A stretch of 63,997 nt of DNA, counting the filler, from Mitosporidium daphniae (lineage: Eukaryota): assembly GCF_000760515.2 (NCBI RefSeq). It is 5 parts of 5 records of this genome, joined end to end, with 100 filler letters (N's around TTAATTAATTAA, not from the genome) between each part and the next. Parts side by side here need not be neighbours in the genome. Positions count along the whole stretch, not along the records: positions 1 to 15,345 come from NW_013546718.1; positions 15,446 to 30,697 come from NW_013546717.1; 3 more parts are not named here. The stretch is one strand, 5' to 3'. Of the stretch, positions 12,454 through 23,331 are shown piece after piece. Every line of letters starts with the position of its first letter. Position 1 is the stretch's first letter. The notes under the pieces were generated by a model. It was not told the DNA's origin and searched no databases. It was given only the letters and a program-made list of their open reading frames with translations. The translations under genes and the position numbers were made by a program.

Positions 12454-14129
12454 TCGAGATGCATTAAATAAATCTTAATGTCCGCTTTTTGCCGACCCAC
12501 TGACGATTCATCTACAAGACCACCAAAATCCCAATGGCTATCGAACAATTAGCGGGGAAATTTAATCAAGTTTATTGGAGCCATACTGTGCTGCAAAAGA
12601 TGTTGTCCAACATCAGGTGTCCATGCAACCCATCCTCTTGTCATTTGGAAAGTAAAAGGCTGCCAAATAGAGGCTAAGCAGCAGGTGTTCTCAGCTTAAA
12701 CTCGTTCAAGCTACTCAAAGCTGGGTTTCATCCCATCATTGACTATTATGATTTGGAAAATACTTCCCTACCCTCACAAGGAGTGGTTAGGCAGCATTTA
12801 ATTATTTTTCCGCGTGAAATTCTATAACAAACGAGTGCAGTAGATATCCACACGGGGAGAATATTTACAGATCAAGCACATCTTATAAGGCTCTTTAAAG
12901 CATCCAACATGGTATGATTGACGCTCCAAGATCGAGCATTCTACCGGATAAATAATATTGAAATTAACAATTCATTACTGAGTGCAGTTATGGATCCATC
13001 TTTTTCCATAAGAAGGATTGCTAGCATATACGCCTTTTTTTTCTCGTAATCTTACTTTTCAAGCTGAAAAAACGCTCTTTCAGCATTTGAAATATGCAAA
13101 AGCATCTCGATCCCTGAGGCCCCAAGAGGCATTCTGGAGCTGAATTTACTGAAATGAGCTTTTTGAGCGATGCAACAGGTTGCCTGCTCATTACACGCGA
13201 CGAAGACAGCGACGTCTATTAGGAAAACAACGCAAATGGCCATCAAGCTATGAGAAAGTCGCCCTTTTAAGAATTCATTGAGCGGTTTTTTAAAGGTTGC
13301 CAGCATTTGGTAGATTCTTTTCTATTTTATCTTTTTTATCGAATGAAATCTCAGATTAACGTGGCTTTATGGGCAAAAAGGTATCTCTAATTCCATACGC
13401 CATCTCACATGCAATGAAAAGTACACCAAAAGAGGGCAGCAGTTTTGGAAACCACCAACTGATGATTGCAATTTCTTTGAGGGTTTACCTTGAAAACGAT
13501 ATGAAATATCTCAATAAACCTCCTTTATTCTTTCAAAAAGCGGCACGTTTTTATTCCACATGCAGCTCTGTTATTATTACCGACCATAAAACAAAGAACA
13601 AACTTAACCGATCTTTTTTGTGGTTTTTCAGGCATTTCAGAGAAAAACGTATCAAAGTGAACTCGCTTTTAACCCTTTTTCAAGCATGTGGTGATGGAAG
13701 TCACAAATGCATCGCCCCATAAGCTGTTGAATTTATTTCATGTTTCACAAAAATCCCTGCATAGAGCGGCGGCACTTTATACACTTTGAGGAACTTTACA
13801 GTGATCCTCAGTGTTGATTGTAGAATCTTGTTATGGTGTGCGTTATGGGTCGCTCTTTAATCCCAGTTTCGGGTTAAGCATCACCTAGGCTAAATCTAAC
13901 GTGAAACTGGGAAATGGATAATCGAGTATGATGGCCAGCCATTTTACTTGGTTGAATATGAAAAACTACTTTGGTGCCAAATTTATGCAGTGGCTGATGT
14001 GCCAGAAAAATTCGATTTATCTGCCAACGATGCTTCGAAACTGCTAATAGAGCACCAAATGGAATATTTAATTATAGATGCCCATGAAAAGAGAATTTGA
14101 CCTTTCAAGCCAATTCACATGTCAAACAC

Positions 14130-15345
14130 CTAAAAAGATAATTTTATTGAGGAATAGTCGCAATCTGTTTTTAGCTTTTTTTTTTCAATATCCGAGTTTC
14201 CTGAATCATTATTAGATCGTTTTTTATAAGGAATCATTTTAGGCTCTTCAAATTTTGCAGCAAACTCTTTGAATTCATCTTTGGTGCAACAGTCTAACTT
14301 TTTGAGACATTCGAGGATTTTTTCAATATTGGGTCTTTTCTCAGGAGATGGATCAAGAGCCTGGTGAATGATTTTGGCCAACTTGCGATCAATTTTTTTT
14401 AGTAAATTAAAGATATCTCTATATTTGTTAAGCCCTTTTTGATCCTTTTCTTGATCATCTTGAAAAGCATAATAATTACGGTCGTACCTGGCTCCATCTT
14501 TAGTTATAAAGAAGTCAACAACCGTAGCTGCAAAGGAGAATACATCAGATCTTTTGGTGGGAAAACTATCAGATTTGACCTTAAAGTTTAACTCTCCATC
14601 ATTTTTTAGCGCAATCCATCCTTGTGTAACCTCTTTTTTGCCGATAACTATTTCCATAAATTCTTTTGGCTCCACAGACTTTTCGTCGATAAGCTCTGGC
14701 GCACAAAATCCTTTGGTACTAGTAAAAGTATACTCTTTAGTTGAATATGGCTTTTCGCCCAAATCAGTTCTTTCTGTTTTTCCAGCTCCTTTTGCATTAA
14801 CTCTTTTGATCTCCACAGCTCCACCAAAATCTGCGATTTTAACATCGCCTTTTTTTGATATCAAAATATTTTCAGACTTCAAATCCCCATGCACAATCCC
14901 ATTTTGATGCATAAATTTAACACCTTCAGCAATTTCTTTGAAAATATAAGCGAATATCTTTGAATTGCCTTTCCAAGATCGAGGCTTACTAAATAAATCG
15001 GCACCTTTTACATATTCCATAAATATCATATTTCCACTCTTATAATAAACACGAACAATCCTTTCATCTAGAAGATTCTTTTGAATCGAAAATTCTCTTT
15101 CAGTAAAAGAGGGGTCGTACGGGTTCAAAATCTCTTTAATGAGAAAATCTCCCGTTATTACACGCATCAGCTCTTCTTTCTTAGATTGCGTCATTTCAAT
15201 AGATTTTACTAAGTCTGGCCTATATTTATCAATAGGCATTCCATCCAGCAACAGATGCGCCAAATGTATTTCGCTATTTTTGGAACAGGTTATTTCAGAA
15301 AAAGTTCCTTTTATCACATACTTTAGGGTCACTTTTTCAGTTTCA
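14130..15345 (-). CDS. Divergent Ser/Thr protein kinase, 5' end truncated by gap
   Basis: HGDLKSEN, DFG, APE and SDVFS motifs. Intronless and AT-rich. Confidence 0.88.
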
Positions 15346-15445
15346 NNNNNNNNNNNNNNNNNNNNNNNNNNNNNNNNNNNNNNNNNNNNTTAATTAATTA
15401 ANNNNNNNNNNNNNNNNNNNNNNNNNNNNNNNNNNNNNNNNNNNN
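15346..15445. other. Artificial contig linker (N44-TTAATTAATTAA-N44)
   Basis: Palindromic 12-mer at 15390-15401 with stops in all six frames. The same design occurs at four places. Confidence 0.97.
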
Positions 15446-16138
15446 TTTTCCAAAAAGATGAGGAAATGCACCGGGAAAGGCTGTGGCGATCTCTGCACAG
15501 GGATAGGAGAGCTTTCCGATGGATGTAGTTTGGTCGAACCCGAACACCGACGAGCACTGGTTGAAATTCAAGCACTTTTGTACACGTAGAATTGTATCAA
15601 ACATGTAGCCATAGTATTCCGAATCCAAAAAGATAAACGTTTTCTCCGGATTGAATCCAAACGCAGCTATATCTTTGGCATTTTCAATTGCATATCGTTT
15701 AACGTCATCGAGCGTCAAGTGCTCCTTGAAATGGAACTTTTCATCGTCCGTCAGTTGTATGACAAGATGAACATCAAAAACCTCCTGTAGCCATTGACAA
15801 AATATAAATGGGATGGCATGTCCCAAATGCATCGATTCGTTTGAGGGGCCTCTTCCTGTGTACAGGAAAAACGGCTTTCCTTGCTCGTGAAGATCGAGAA
15901 TCCGAGACAAATCCCTTTAATTATGGAAACACAAATACCTATGCGCAAAGAAGATTCCACGACGGATTAAATGGTGAGCAGGTCGCCCGGTGACCTTTTC
16001 CAATCGCTCAATAAGATCTGGCGTAATCCTCGACACTCCGAATTGGACGATCAGCTTTTCATAATCGATTGCCTTGATTTCGCCGTCAACAACGGCACCC
16101 TTAACATCCCAGGGCGTAACCTGTTGATCGGTCTCCAT
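15446..16138 (-). CDS. WRS1: Cytoplasmic tryptophanyl-tRNA synthetase, 3' end truncated by gap
   Basis: VTPWDV, IDYEKLIVQFG, YTGRGPS, HLGH (HIGH motif) and QLTDDEK. Intron 15915-15938. Confidence 0.96.
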
Positions 16139-16459
16139 TGGGGGTATTTCACGCTTGGAATTTTCTTCGATTGCGATGTGAGAAAATTGATGACAAACTT
16201 GAGATGACGAGTTCATAAAAATTAAAATTTGGCCTTAACCTGGCTATTTGCCATCACTAGATGATGAATTATGAATAATCGCTATTTCAAACTTGTGGAC
16301 GGCTTTAAAGGGTTAGGTGGCAAGTGAGAATTCCATAGAAAATCCAGCACCTCTGTGGCTTCTACCGCGATCTTAGCGCCACTTTTGGTACTTGATTTTC
16401 AAGATAGTTGTCATATTTTTATTCCGAGTTAAATATTTTATTATGCCTCGTTGAAAGAC

Positions 16460-16861
16460 TTACTCCCCTGTAGGCTCCTTCTCTGTAGGCTCCTTCTTTG
16501 TAGACTCCTTGTCTGTAGGCTCCTCTGTAGGCTTCTTCTCTTTAGACTTCTTCTCTGTAGACTCCTCCTCTGTAGGCTTCTTCTCTGTAGACTCATCCTC
16601 ATCTGTAGGCTTCTTCTGTGTAGACTCATCCTCCTCTGTAGGCTTCTTCTCTGTAGACTCATCCTCCTCTGTAGGCTTCTTCTCTGTAGAAGCTGAAGTA
16701 TGCTTATTATTTCTCTCTTCTTCGAGATTTTTTCTCAACCCTCTTTTAATATGCAAGTCCGTACCATTATTTGGTTTCTTAGCAGAGGTTAGTGTTACAG
16801 ATAGGCAAAAAAAGGCAACTATAAAAAGAAAAACAGCGCTTTTGAAGCATAGCTTTACCAT
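16460..16861 (-). CDS. Secreted protein with E/K/T/P-rich tandem repeats
   Basis: Hydrophobic signal peptide (MVKLCFKSAVFLFIVAFFCLSVTLTSA) followed by STEKKPTEEDE repeats. Confidence 0.75.
   Translation of the reverse strand: MVKLCFKSAVFLFIVAFFCLSVTLTSAKKPNNGTDLHIKRGLRKNLEEERNNKHTSASTEKKPTEEDESTEKKPTEEDESTQKKPTDEDESTEKKPTEEESTEKKSKEKKPTEEPTDKESTKKEPTEKEPTGE
16468..16690. repeat. Coding minisatellite, 33-bp unit built from 15/18-bp subunits
   Basis: Repeated CTGTAGGCTTCTTCTCTGTAGACTCATCCTCCT with degenerate copies. Confidence 0.9.
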
Positions 16862-17075
16862 TAGAAGCAAATACGAAAAAGCCTGGTTCTGCTCTTATAA
16901 GCTTTCATCCATTGGCCATCGAAACCTCGATTGGTTAGATTCTAACCGTGTGTTATTGGTCAATCTTCACGATTTGATTACCAATCACAGTCCTGGTTAA
17001 TGCAGAAAAGGCGACCAAAATTTAGCTGCATTTTAAATTTAAAGTTAAAATTTAAAACCGATAATCCACATTTAT

Positions 17076-18111
17076 ATGAGCGTATTTGCAGAGAAATTAT
17101 GTTTGATTTCCTCCCGCAGAGCTTATGTAAAAGTAATTAAAAGGCGGAGTTGTGAACTCAAAAACGTTATTGCATCTCGTATTCCATTTAACCACCCATC
17201 GCTAAGGAAACAAGAGCCGGGAAGGCGAAAAAGTGTATTCGAGATTATTTATGGGATTGATATTCCCCAGTCTTTCAAGTTTGATACCAGGGTCTTATCC
17301 CAGCTTGCATCAGATCCAGGCGAGCTGCTCACAGCTGCTATTAACAGGCTCATGGTGTTTTCTGATTTTGTTTCCATTGACTTTATCTGCAATCCCTCGA
17401 ATATCAAGTATGGCGTATTCTTTATTTTAGGCAATCTTCCTCTTTAAAAGGAACCATCATCCTTCCGCATGTTGTTGATCCAAATGTTAAAATCGCCATC
17501 CTGGCAAAAGTATTTTTCCCCCTTCTTATTTAGGATGACCTTGCCCTGGCAGCAAAGGCTGCCGGTGCTGAATGTGTTGGCGCCGAGGACATTGTCGAGC
17601 TCGTAGCGTTTTGGATATCATTTTTAGATTTTATCGGGAAAAGAAATCTTTTCAAGGATAATTTGTGCCCCCGATATGGTCCATCTGTTACCAAAGGTGG
17701 CAAAGATCCTCGGGCCCAAAGGTCTAATGCCCACAGTTAAATCAGGTATGTTGATCTTTGTCGCCAACAAACTTTAGGAACGATAACTGATAATTTTAAG
17801 GAAGCATTGACACATGTTTCGTACTCATCATCGTATGCGTTCAATAGAGAAACGGGGATGATATCTTTGTCAATTGGAAGCGTATCGCCAATTTGTTCAA
17901 TTTTAGACGACCCAGGGCAAGGAGAATTTGGTTGAAAATGCCACATCCGCCATTGAACAATTGTCTTCGCTCTCAATTGGAAAGCAGAACGGTAAATATA
18001 TGCGCTTTATGTTTAGAATCGTTTATTCAATCTTCATATGTTAGATTGCGCTCTCAAACGCAAGAAGATAACATTCAGTTAAAAAATTCTCAATTTCCAG
18101 AAATTCATTAA
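17076..18111 (+). CDS. MRPL1: Mitochondrial ribosomal protein uL1m, multi-exon
   Basis: AGAECVGAEDIVE and APDMVHLLPKVAKILGPKGLMPTVK across short introns. Confidence 0.85.
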
Positions 18112-18155
18112 ATTGCAAATTTGCCGTAAATTAAATAATAAACTTGCCCTTTGTC

Positions 18156-19079
18156 ATGACAAGATCCAGGTCATCATTTAAAACCGAAGATCAACCTGTC
18201 AGGCCTATTCCCAAATCGCTTTATTCGATATTATCGATTGAAAAAGACGCCTCTTTTAGTGAGATAAAAAAAGCTTACTATAAGCAGGCGCTTTTATTTC
18301 ATCCCGACAAGATCGCCTCTGCTAATCCATCAATTGGTTCTCAAGAGGCAACGAAAAAATTCCAAGAACTGGGTGTGGCATATCAAGTTTTATCTTGCGA
18401 ATCTAGTAGACGCGCCTATGACCTTACTGGGGAATACTCTGGTGAGCCATCCATATCTCCTTGTGACGATTTCAATTGGAGGGAATATTTCAACTCAATT
18501 TTCACTTCAGTAACGATTGATGCCATTGAAAAGGTAAGGCTAGAATACCAAGGTAAACTTTTACGCGTTTAATTTTATTAAGGCTCAAAAGAGGAGAAAA
18601 AAGATCTTCTCCATTTCTACAAACACCACAAGGGGAATATGGATAAAGTTTTGGATGAAATACTGTTTAGCGACTCCAATTTCACGGAAACACAGCAACG
18701 GTTGATTAAGATTTTACGCGAAGCAATCGAATCAAACGAGGTCAAGGGTTATCCCCAGTTTTCTGAAAGCACAACCGAAAAGGCATGCAATTCAAGAATT
18801 CGGAAACACGAGAAAACGGACAAAAAGTTCAAAAGGGCTGTTCACAAGGAAAATGCTGGAGACCATAACCTGATGCCGGTCAAAAAGAGACAAGCCCCTT
18901 CTAAAAGTGAATTGGTTTTGCCAAACAGGAAAAGACAGGCAGATTATTTTCTTAATGACCTGGCCAGAAAATATTCAAAGAATGGCCCAATTGATTTGAA
19001 TCAGGATCCTCTTTCTGATGAGCAATTTGAGAGCATTCAAAAAAAATTTCACCCCTCAAATAAAAGGCCAAAAAAGTAA
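18156..19079 (+). CDS. DNAJC9: DnaJ protein, DNAJC9-like
   Basis: J-domain with HPD, then YQG|SKEEKKDLLHFYKHHKGNMDKVLDEI typical of DNAJC9. One short intron at about 18553-18581. Confidence 0.82.
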
Positions 19080-19772
19080 ATTTTAATTTGGATGGCAATT
19101 TTTCAAATGGCACCGCGACAAGTTCAAATTCCCCTATGTTGCATTTGCTTGGGCATTACTTCGGCCTTTGTTTACAAGTCAACGATAAGATATTACAGTA
19201 TCATTTCAGAGCAAGGTCTCAAGTGAAGGGGATTTTGGGCCTATTTTTGAATTTCTGCTCGGCGATAAATAATAAAGCTAACATGGTTGTTGTCAAGACA
19301 TGCTCAAAGTGATGGATGCGGTAATCTCTGTATGGATCAGATGTAAAGTGAGCATCTTTAAAATGGGCGTCGAATAAATCCAATTGACAAATTAAATCGG
19401 TTGAAAAGCTTGAAGAGTGCTTTATTTGCCCAAAAGCCAGCTGCAAATGTAGTGGCAATATGAAGTGACAACGCGAGAACGCAATGGCGATGGCGCACCA
19501 ACTAAAATACAACCATGCTAGCTTTGAGCCCAAGGTACGTTCAAATTCCCGTCTTTATTATGATGAGACTTTGGCAAACGGGTGAAAAAAAGCAAATGAT
19601 ATCGCAAATCGGGGTGCTGGATCTCCTCCAATGATGCCTTGAAGACCGCTCAACAGGCATATGAAACAATAAAAAAAGGTTCTGGTGTTGTTGTGCAACT
19701 TTGCGGTCTTTATGCATGTCGGGTTTGCTACTTAAAGTTTATTAATGGAAGAGAACAAGGCGCTGCGATGAA

Positions 19773-21074
19773 TTAGTTGGCTAGTATTTTTGCAACCACG
19801 GCATCGGTAAACTGGACAGTGGATGAATTACCGGAAAAATCGGGAGTCCTCACCTAGATTTATAAAAGCAAACAGCCAACGAACATTTTTCTCTGCAATA
19901 AGCTGAAAGATGGATTTTTCAAGAAGGCTGCCATGGCCGCCGAGGCCCAAGTGCTTAAGAAGCCAGGCTGCCGACAGGAGAATAGAGGTTGGGTTTGCCT
20001 GGTTTCTATCCTTCAAGTCCATGGCCACATGCCGGGCTCCCGTCTCAAAAATAGCAATGTCGCTGAAATGAATCCCAAAAAGTACATACCGTCCAATATT
20101 ACAACCAGGAACCACGCCTGGGCCACCGACCAAGCCCGCAGCAATGTTAGCACATATGCTTCCGTAAAGATTTGGGCAAACCATGACATCAAATTGCTGA
20201 GGCCTGGATACCATCTAGTGGGATTATTTTGCAGGAAAAGCAAACCTGCATGGCAGTGTTGTCTACAATCATCTCTTCGAACTTTAAATTTGTCGATGCA
20301 TATTCGTTTTGTGAGACCTCTCGAAAGATTTTCAAAAAAAGGCCATCAGTAACCTTCCTATTCGGTGACACCATAAAAGTTACATGATGTTGGCTTTGTG
20401 GATGCAGGTTACTTTTTTTCTCCCTTGCCTCATGGCAAAATCTAATGCAAATCTTGTGATACGTTCGGTTTTTTCGCGCGTAGTAACTTTGAGGCTTTCA
20501 ATCACACCAGGAACAGGCTTGGGGATTAAATAAAAATGGAAGCTACCTGATGCTCAAGACCAGAGTACTCACCTTCCATGTTTTCTCGGATGATGACAAA
20601 ATCGATATCTGTAAATCGAGAAGGGGCTCCAGGGATTGTTTTAACAGGGATGACGTTGGCAAACAAATCCAATTCCTTTCTCAATTGGTGATTGAGAGAG
20701 CAATGCGATGTGTTGATGGGCGTGTAAAAGACACCTACAGGCATTTAAAACACGACGGGGATACCTTTTAGTCCGATTTTTGTACGTCTCAACGACTCAA
20801 TAGCGGCCTTTAGCTGAGATGGGTCGTTGCAATATCCAGATACCTCGATTTCCTCAAAGTCGATCGGCACATTCATTGCCTTAAATACTGTTTTCACCGA
20901 ATTGCACATTTCCTTCCCAATGCCATCCCCAGGAATCAGGGTGACGTTGTATCTGCCGCCATATTTTTCCACGCCGCAAGACGAAACTGTACTCATGGAG
21001 CCTAATAGCCCGGACAGGCATTTGCTTGCCGAAGAGAATTGTCGCACCAAGCCAGCGCATCTAAAAGAGACCAT
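19773..21074 (-). CDS. IDH1: NAD-dependent isocitrate dehydrogenase, regulatory subunit
   Basis: [31 protein letters not shown] and [28 protein letters not shown]. Presequence present; several short introns. Confidence 0.93.
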
Positions 21075-21121
21075 GTGAAGAGTTGGCCACTAAAAAATAA
21101 AGATCATGCAAATTCCCGAAT

Positions 21122-21487
21122 TTATTTATTTATTTTTCCAAACAATTTCAGCGATTTCAAAAATGAAGGTAAACCCTCTTTTTCGTAAGGCTTCAGTGCA
21201 ATTGCAGTGGCCATATTTTCGGGCTGCTCCACCCAAATGGTGTGGTCAATGCACGCATGCAAAAGCGCATCTTTTAGCTCGCCCATATGGGCCTCGTCAC
21301 GGACCTCCAATATGATCGTGGTCATGGACCCTCGAGCACCATCGGAGGTGTATTTTATTACATTTGTATCATTCCTGTATTGATGTAGGCAATCGATCGA
21401 TGCATGGATGGCCTGTGCTATGACCGAGCCAAGCGTCCAGTTTGGACGCGCAAGCAGGTCATGGCGAAGCAAAATAACTTGCCTCAT
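21122..21487 (-). CDS. PTRHD1: PTH2-family peptidyl-tRNA hydrolase domain protein
   Basis: Q.ILLRHDL...WTLGSVIAQAIHAS and WVEQPENMATAIALKPY...LKL. Confidence 0.88.
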   Translation of the reverse strand: MRQVILLRHDLLARPNWTLGSVIAQAIHASIDCLHQYRNDTNVIKYTSDGARGSMTTIILEVRDEAHMGELKDALLHACIDHTIWVEQPENMATAIALKPYEKEGLPSFLKSLKLFGKINK

Positions 21488-21632
21488 GGCCAGGGTGTAA
21501 AATTAATTTTTACGGCATGTCCAATTTCCCCGCAATTACAATGTTTTGTCCATGCATTACGTAATCTATTGGACCTGATGTGTCGCCCGTGCCCGCTTAC
21601 GTTATTTAACTATTGGACCTATTTAGTCCACC

Positions 21633-22912
21633 TATGTGCAACTCACAGCTAAATCTAAATTTCAACACAATGATGTCATCAATATCAACATCAAGCACTT
21701 TAGCTTGTAACACACACAAAAAGGGCGATCATCTCTTCACGCTTAGTCCAATCCCTGAAGCATTGATTGAAACCGATGATGGCGCCATTTCACCCCAAAT
21801 CTCTACAAAATCACACGCCCATCGTACCCTTACATTGGACAAAAAGCAATGCTGCTCGTGCGGAACCTTTGTGACGCCCGTTTGGCGTAGACACTCATAT
21901 TCCTCGATATTGAACCTAGATACATCTCCCTTGACATTCGACCCCTACAGTTCGTCAGATGAGGCAAGCATTGCACACGGCAGCGACAATGACAGCAGCA
22001 GCAGCATTTTAATATGCTCCGAATATGCGGCTCAGAAAAGGTACCTTTGCAATGCCTGCGGCATCAAATACAAAAAGCTGAACCAGGCGTCTTTCATCTC
22101 GTCATCCCGCTCGCTTCAAAAGAGAAAGTCGCTCGACTATTCCATCGACATCAAGCCAAAAGCGGAGGCTTTTTCCGTGTACGATACAAATCGAGAAAAT
22201 TTTCTCGGCTCCAATGTGCCCATTTTCCCGATAAAAAGCCCCAAACCGATGCCGAAAGTGCGGAGGCCCTCGACTTCGTTTATCTTTTTTTGCAGAGAAT
22301 ACAGAAAGTCGCTTACCAAGCAAAACCCGTCGTGTTCGTTTGGACAAATCAGCAAGATTTTAGGCGAAATGTGGTCTTCCCTGCCTGATTCCCACAAACA
22401 GGTTTGTGCTTCACGTTCCGTTATCAACGCTATTTATGTAGATCTACATTGCTCAAGGTCAGCAGGATGAATATAGGTATGCGATGGAAAAGCAGGCCAT
22501 GTTCTCGAGCCTGTTGGGAAACTTGCCTCTCTCCGTGAACGACAATATCATCGGTGATGGTTCGTTTTTGCATCCATCGCAAGGCTCAACGCCCCTTTCG
22601 GCCTCTCCGGCCATCAACGATGCTTTATTGTCAATGGATCGATCACAAGAGATGTCCAATGTCAATGGCAAGTATTGTTTCTACCATTACAATCCCAACT
22701 CGATCCCGGCTCAAGCTCATGACTTGAAAGTGATACCAGAAACGCTCTCTGCCGCTCAATATGAAATACCCGTACAGGGCCCTTGTTATTCTCAAACCCC
22801 CGTATTTATTGACTATGCTGCAGCTAACCAGCTGTTGTTTCAATTCCCCTATTCCTATCCCCAGGATATTTATCCCATTGCAGATGATCAACAAAAAGGC
22901 TTCAACAGTTGA
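21633..22912 (+). CDS. Transcription factor with GATA-type zinc finger and HMG box
   Basis: C-x2-C-GTFVTPVWRR...LCNACGIKY, then PKVRRPSTSFIFFCREYR...FGQISKILGEMW. Intron 22402-22441 completes HMG helix 3. Confidence 0.85.
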
Positions 22913-23042
22913 TTGCTTCCCCTAATCGTTGCACGATTTATCAATAAAACGTTTCTATAGCTCCATAATCGACCGCCTCCCCATGTTCCACAAAGCACGG
23001 AAAAGTCGATTTTTCAGCATTGATGTTTGCCCCCAAGCGGGT

Positions 23043-23101
23043 GTCAGGTGACTCACAACAAACAGGAGTCAGGTGACTCACAACAAAGCAAGTCACATGA
23101 C
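23043..23101. promoter_or_regulatory. Duplicated 20-bp element containing TGACTCA (AP-1/Gcn4-type) sites, plus a GTCACATGAC E-box-like element
   Basis: GTCAGGTGACTCACAACAAA at 23043-23062 and 23068-23087; GTCACATGAC at 23092-23101. Lies about 230 bp upstream of the nuclease gene. Confidence 0.45.
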
Positions 23102-23331
23102 GCATAGCAAAATGCGATGTGTGTCCCGCCACAAACACAACTTGTACCCAGCAAAAAAAGCGATGCACAATCATGCCGTTGAATTCCATTTTGAATAAAA
23201 CAGCAAATAGATCATAGATTAGCGTAGACGCATCAATTCAGATCAAAAAATACAGAAATGAATTTCAAAATCGGCCCAATCATCATTTTCCTTTTTTGGA
23301 TTTATGTTAGATCGACCACCTCTTCACTCAA

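Noticed and set aside
14130..16138. Apparent TrpRS-kinase fusion on the minus strand
   Set aside because: The two parts are on different contigs joined by an artificial linker.
16441..17000. Repeat array as CRISPR, or alternative ORFs (CRLLL / SLQRR / SVGFF repeats)
   Set aside because: There are no unique spacers and the context is eukaryotic. These are shadow frames of the minisatellite in the signal-peptide ORF.
19325..19672. + frame interrupted only by five TGA codons (possible TGA recoding, mitovirus or NUMT relic)
   Set aside because: The translation matches no family I recognise, TGA is a normal stop in several genes here, and such runs can arise by chance.
21633..22912. HMG gene as a Mucorales-type sex locus
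   Set aside because: Neighbours are PTRHD1 and an S1 nuclease, not a triose-phosphate transporter and RNA helicase.
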